DNA of 64,000 bases, taken from contig LSRY02000070.1 in assembly GCA_001643675.2 (NCBI GenBank), positions 62,001 to 126,000 of the forward strand, written 5' to 3'. Below are positions 60,831 to 64,000 of this stretch, piece by piece. Under the pieces are notes generated by a model. It searched no databases and was not told the origin of the DNA. It saw only the letters and a list, made by a program, of their open reading frames with translations. Source of the DNA: Monocercomonoides exilis PA203 (taxonomy: Eukaryota; Protista; Preaxostyla). Numbering within the stretch: the first letter of the stretch is position 1; each line of letters begins with the position of its first letter. A program made the translations under genes and the position numbers.

Positions 60831-61641
60831 TGATTTTGTTTGATGAAGGGAATCTTTTCGAAAGCATGGAGGAGGAAGGATATGTTTATTGAATTATTGG
60901 ATTTTGATTATGATTTGTAAAAAAGTTGAAGGTACAAATAATTTTTTTGTTTGATGTAATGAAGATTATTTCGCTGCAACTGAATTTCATATTCATTTGT
61001 TGCTTCTTTTTTTGTGTTTCCTCCATATCCATCTTTGAGTGGAACGCATGTTCACTTTTTTCTATGTGGAGAACGAGTGCAATTCATTCCAAAATGCAAC
61101 TTTGTTAAGCATTTATTTATGTTTTTTTCTGCATTTCAAATACAAATAATTGAATAATCAAAACATTACTCTTGATTCAACTAATTCACTTTTTTTCTGT
61201 TTGTTTTTTGGACTTGCCATCTTCAACTGAATTTTCAGTTTTCTTTTCTTTGTGGAATTTTCATTTGGTATTTTAAGGAATGACATGGTTGATGTATTTC
61301 ATTAGAACTGATCATATAGCAATCATTTTTCTCTTCTTTGGAAGCTCAATTAGAAATATCTCTTCTGGTTCATTAATTCTCAATCTTATTTGAGTTTCAG
61401 AAGCTTGTGGAAACTGAAGAAAGTTATATGAACGATTCCTGTTTTTCAAAAAAAAATAAAAAAAATAAAAAGAATAGTAAAAGGAAATGAACATGTGCTG
61501 AAAAAAGAGAAGGGCGAAAATATTTGGTTTTTTTGATAATATATTGTTTCACATTTTTGCTATTATATGAAATATTAAGAAAATATTTTCAACTCTTTGA
61601 TCGAGCTATGAAATATTTTTTTTTCAAATAATTATTGCTTC

Positions 61642-63134
61642 ATGAGCTTGAGAGATTGTATGATTCTTTCAATGTAAAAATAATATTATAAAAAATTACT
61701 TTTTTCCTCTTTTATTAATTTATTTTCCATGGTGTAATTTTCGCTTTGTATTTTGAAAGATCAAATTATTAAACAAATTGGCAAAGGCTCATTTGGAAAA
61801 GTATATCTTGTTCTTCACAAGACAAAGAAACGACATTACGTATTAAAGGCTATTCCGTTAACGGATCCAAAAGAAACGGAAGTTGCTCAAAAAGAAGTCA
61901 GAATGCTTTCAATGTTCAACAATCCATTTATTGTCAGATACAGCGATAACTTTATTGATCAAAAACAATTTTGTATTGTGATGGAGTATTGCGATGATGG
62001 AGATTTGAATGGTTATTTTCAGGTCTGTAGGCAAAGGAAAACTTTTATTCCACTTGAGGTTTGAATTGCTTGCATTCGATAAAAGTAATATTAAATTTTC
62101 TGTACTTTTAACAATAATAATGCGAATAATTTTAGCAAATTCTCGATTGGTTTACGCAAATTACGATTGGACTCGATTTTATTCATAGCAAAAAAGTTTT
62201 ACATAGGGATATAAAGGCGCAAAATATATTTTTGACAAAACAAGGATTTGTAAAACTTGGTGATTTTGGCATTTCAAGAACACTAAAGAATACATTGGAT
62301 ATGGCGAATACTCTTGTAGGAACTCCTTATTACATGTCTCCAGAACTTAGTCAAAACAAACCGTTTGAAAATCATCTTTTGTTATTTTTTACCTTTTCTA
62401 TCTTTCTTTTGTCTATCATAAAAAATCCCGCATTGATTTTGTGTAAATATTATATGCAAATATCATAATTTTACATTGATTGATCAATTCTATAAATGTA
62501 TATTTACATATAAATATATATTCCATTCCTTCTTCACATCTCAGATACGGCTACAAATCCGACGTGTGGGCGCTGGGCTGTCTGCTCTATGAAATGTGCA
62601 CATTCCACCACCCCTTCGAAGCCAGGAACTACCAAGAGCTTGTGCAGAAGATCGCCATTGGCCGCTATCCGCCCATCCCCCCGCAATACGGCAAAGACCT
62701 CTCTCTGCTGGTGACTGCGATGCTCACACAGGACCCAGCAAAGCGGCCGACCACGTCAGACATTCTGAACATGCCATTCATCCGGAGCAGAATGAAGAGC
62801 CTGCTTGATGAAAGCATTGGAAGGCAAGTTCCTCAGCACCAGCCACCTCTTTTGCATCTTGTGCCGAAGCAGCCGCTTGCTTCGCTGGGGGCAGTGGGGG
62901 AAGCGGGGAATACGATCAATCAGAGGAATGGAATGCCTTCTTCTGCTTCTTCTAATCCTTCTTCTGCTTCTCCTTCTCGCTCTCCTTCTTCCTCTTCCCT
63001 TGCTCCCACGCCTTCTGCTCCAATGTCTGCTGAAGAACAAGCGAAAAAGCTATCTGCGATGCGAAATATGCTTCCTAAGCCATCACAAGCATTCGCTGTG
63101 AAGGCAACAGGGAATGATGAACATGATGCTAATC

Positions 63135-63165
<31 letters not shown>

Positions 63166-64000
63166 TTCTCATACAAATACAAGCCAAACGTCTTCTGCTG
63201 TGAATGCTGTGTTTTCTTCTCTTCCAAAGCCAAATTATCCATCGTCATCTTCTTCTTCCTCTTCTTCCTCTTCCTCCTCTTCTCCACAATCTTCCAAGCA
63301 AACAACCCCAAAAGCAACTATTCCTGCTTCTTCTATCAACAATACAACAGCAACAACAACATCTTCTTCTTCCTCTTCTTCCTCTTCTTCTTCCTCTTCT
63401 TTATCTCCCATCAAGCATAATCCTTCTTCTTCAAACATTCGTCCTTCTTCTCCTCATTCTTCTGCTCAAAGGCCTTCTTCTGCTCATTCTCAAGCTTCAT
63501 CCCATTCATCGTCATCATCTTCTTCTTCTGCTTCTGCTTCTTCTTCATCTGCCTCTCGAACTCCTCCATTAATAGCTCCTCTATCACCCACAAATGAACC
63601 ATCTTCTTCACCATCACCTTCTTCCTCTTCCTCTTCTTCTTCTTCTTCTGTTCCCTCCACCCCTTCCACCCCCTCAGCCAGGCGTGCGCTGATCATTCAG
63701 AAGCGCCAAGAGAAAGAGCGCCACATCCAGCGAGCAGAGCAAGTGCTTGAGTCACTCCGAAACGACCTCAACCGCATTGGCGCTGCACACATCAGCAAGG
63801 CAAGCAGGATGAATGGGAGGTTGGGGGGTGGAATGGGAAGTGGGTTGGGAGGAGGATTAGAAGGAGGAGGGATTGGGGCAGATGAGAAGCAGAACAGGAT
63901 TGCGGGCGGGCTGGGGATTATTCAGCCGTCGGTGTTTCCAAAGGCGATGAACAAACCTTCTTCTTCCTCTTCTGCAAGCAGAAGGTCCCTTTCTCCTCTT
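61642..64000 (+). CDS. NIMA-related (NEK) kinase, 3' end beyond right edge; join(61642..61657,61760..62058,62136..62362,62545..>64000)
   Basis: [75 protein letters not shown], then a Ser-rich tail and a coiled-coil-like segment. Confidence 0.93.

Noticed and set aside
1-64000. CRISPR arrays, rRNA, intact transposase or RT genes, telomeric repeats
   Set aside because: No repeat-spacer structure, rRNA-like sequence, intact mobile-element ORF or TTAGGG array seen.

Overview
AT-rich, intron-containing eukaryotic DNA read with the standard genetic code. Gene style (short GT-AG introns, TCT/GAA homopeptide tracts, giant beta-helix receptor-like genes, a ~440-aa helical orphan family) resembles the oxymonad Monocercomonoides exilis; this assignment is inference, not a search result. 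Ten protein-coding genes were rebuilt by hand: a >3,100-aa Ser-rich orphan running off the left edge (missed by the ORF track), a NAK-family kinase, two ~2,200-2,600-aa type-I membrane proteins with modular beta-helix ectodomains and dead kinase C-lobes, four paralogs of a 3-exon alpha-helical orphan family, an NF-X1-type zinc-finger gene, and a NEK kinase running off the right edge. There is also a tRNA-His(GTG) gene with an encoded G-1 and a C54. The 21-40 kb zone is accessory and holds the helical paralogs, decayed gene fragments (one possibly a fungal-type fatty acid synthase), a possible reverse-transcriptase relic, and a 108-bp hairpin MITE with a filled and an empty site. The strongest candidate for an undescribed system is the helical family, which is a patchwork of segments shared between different paralog pairs. 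Two of its copies sit just upstream of a receptor pseudokinase.
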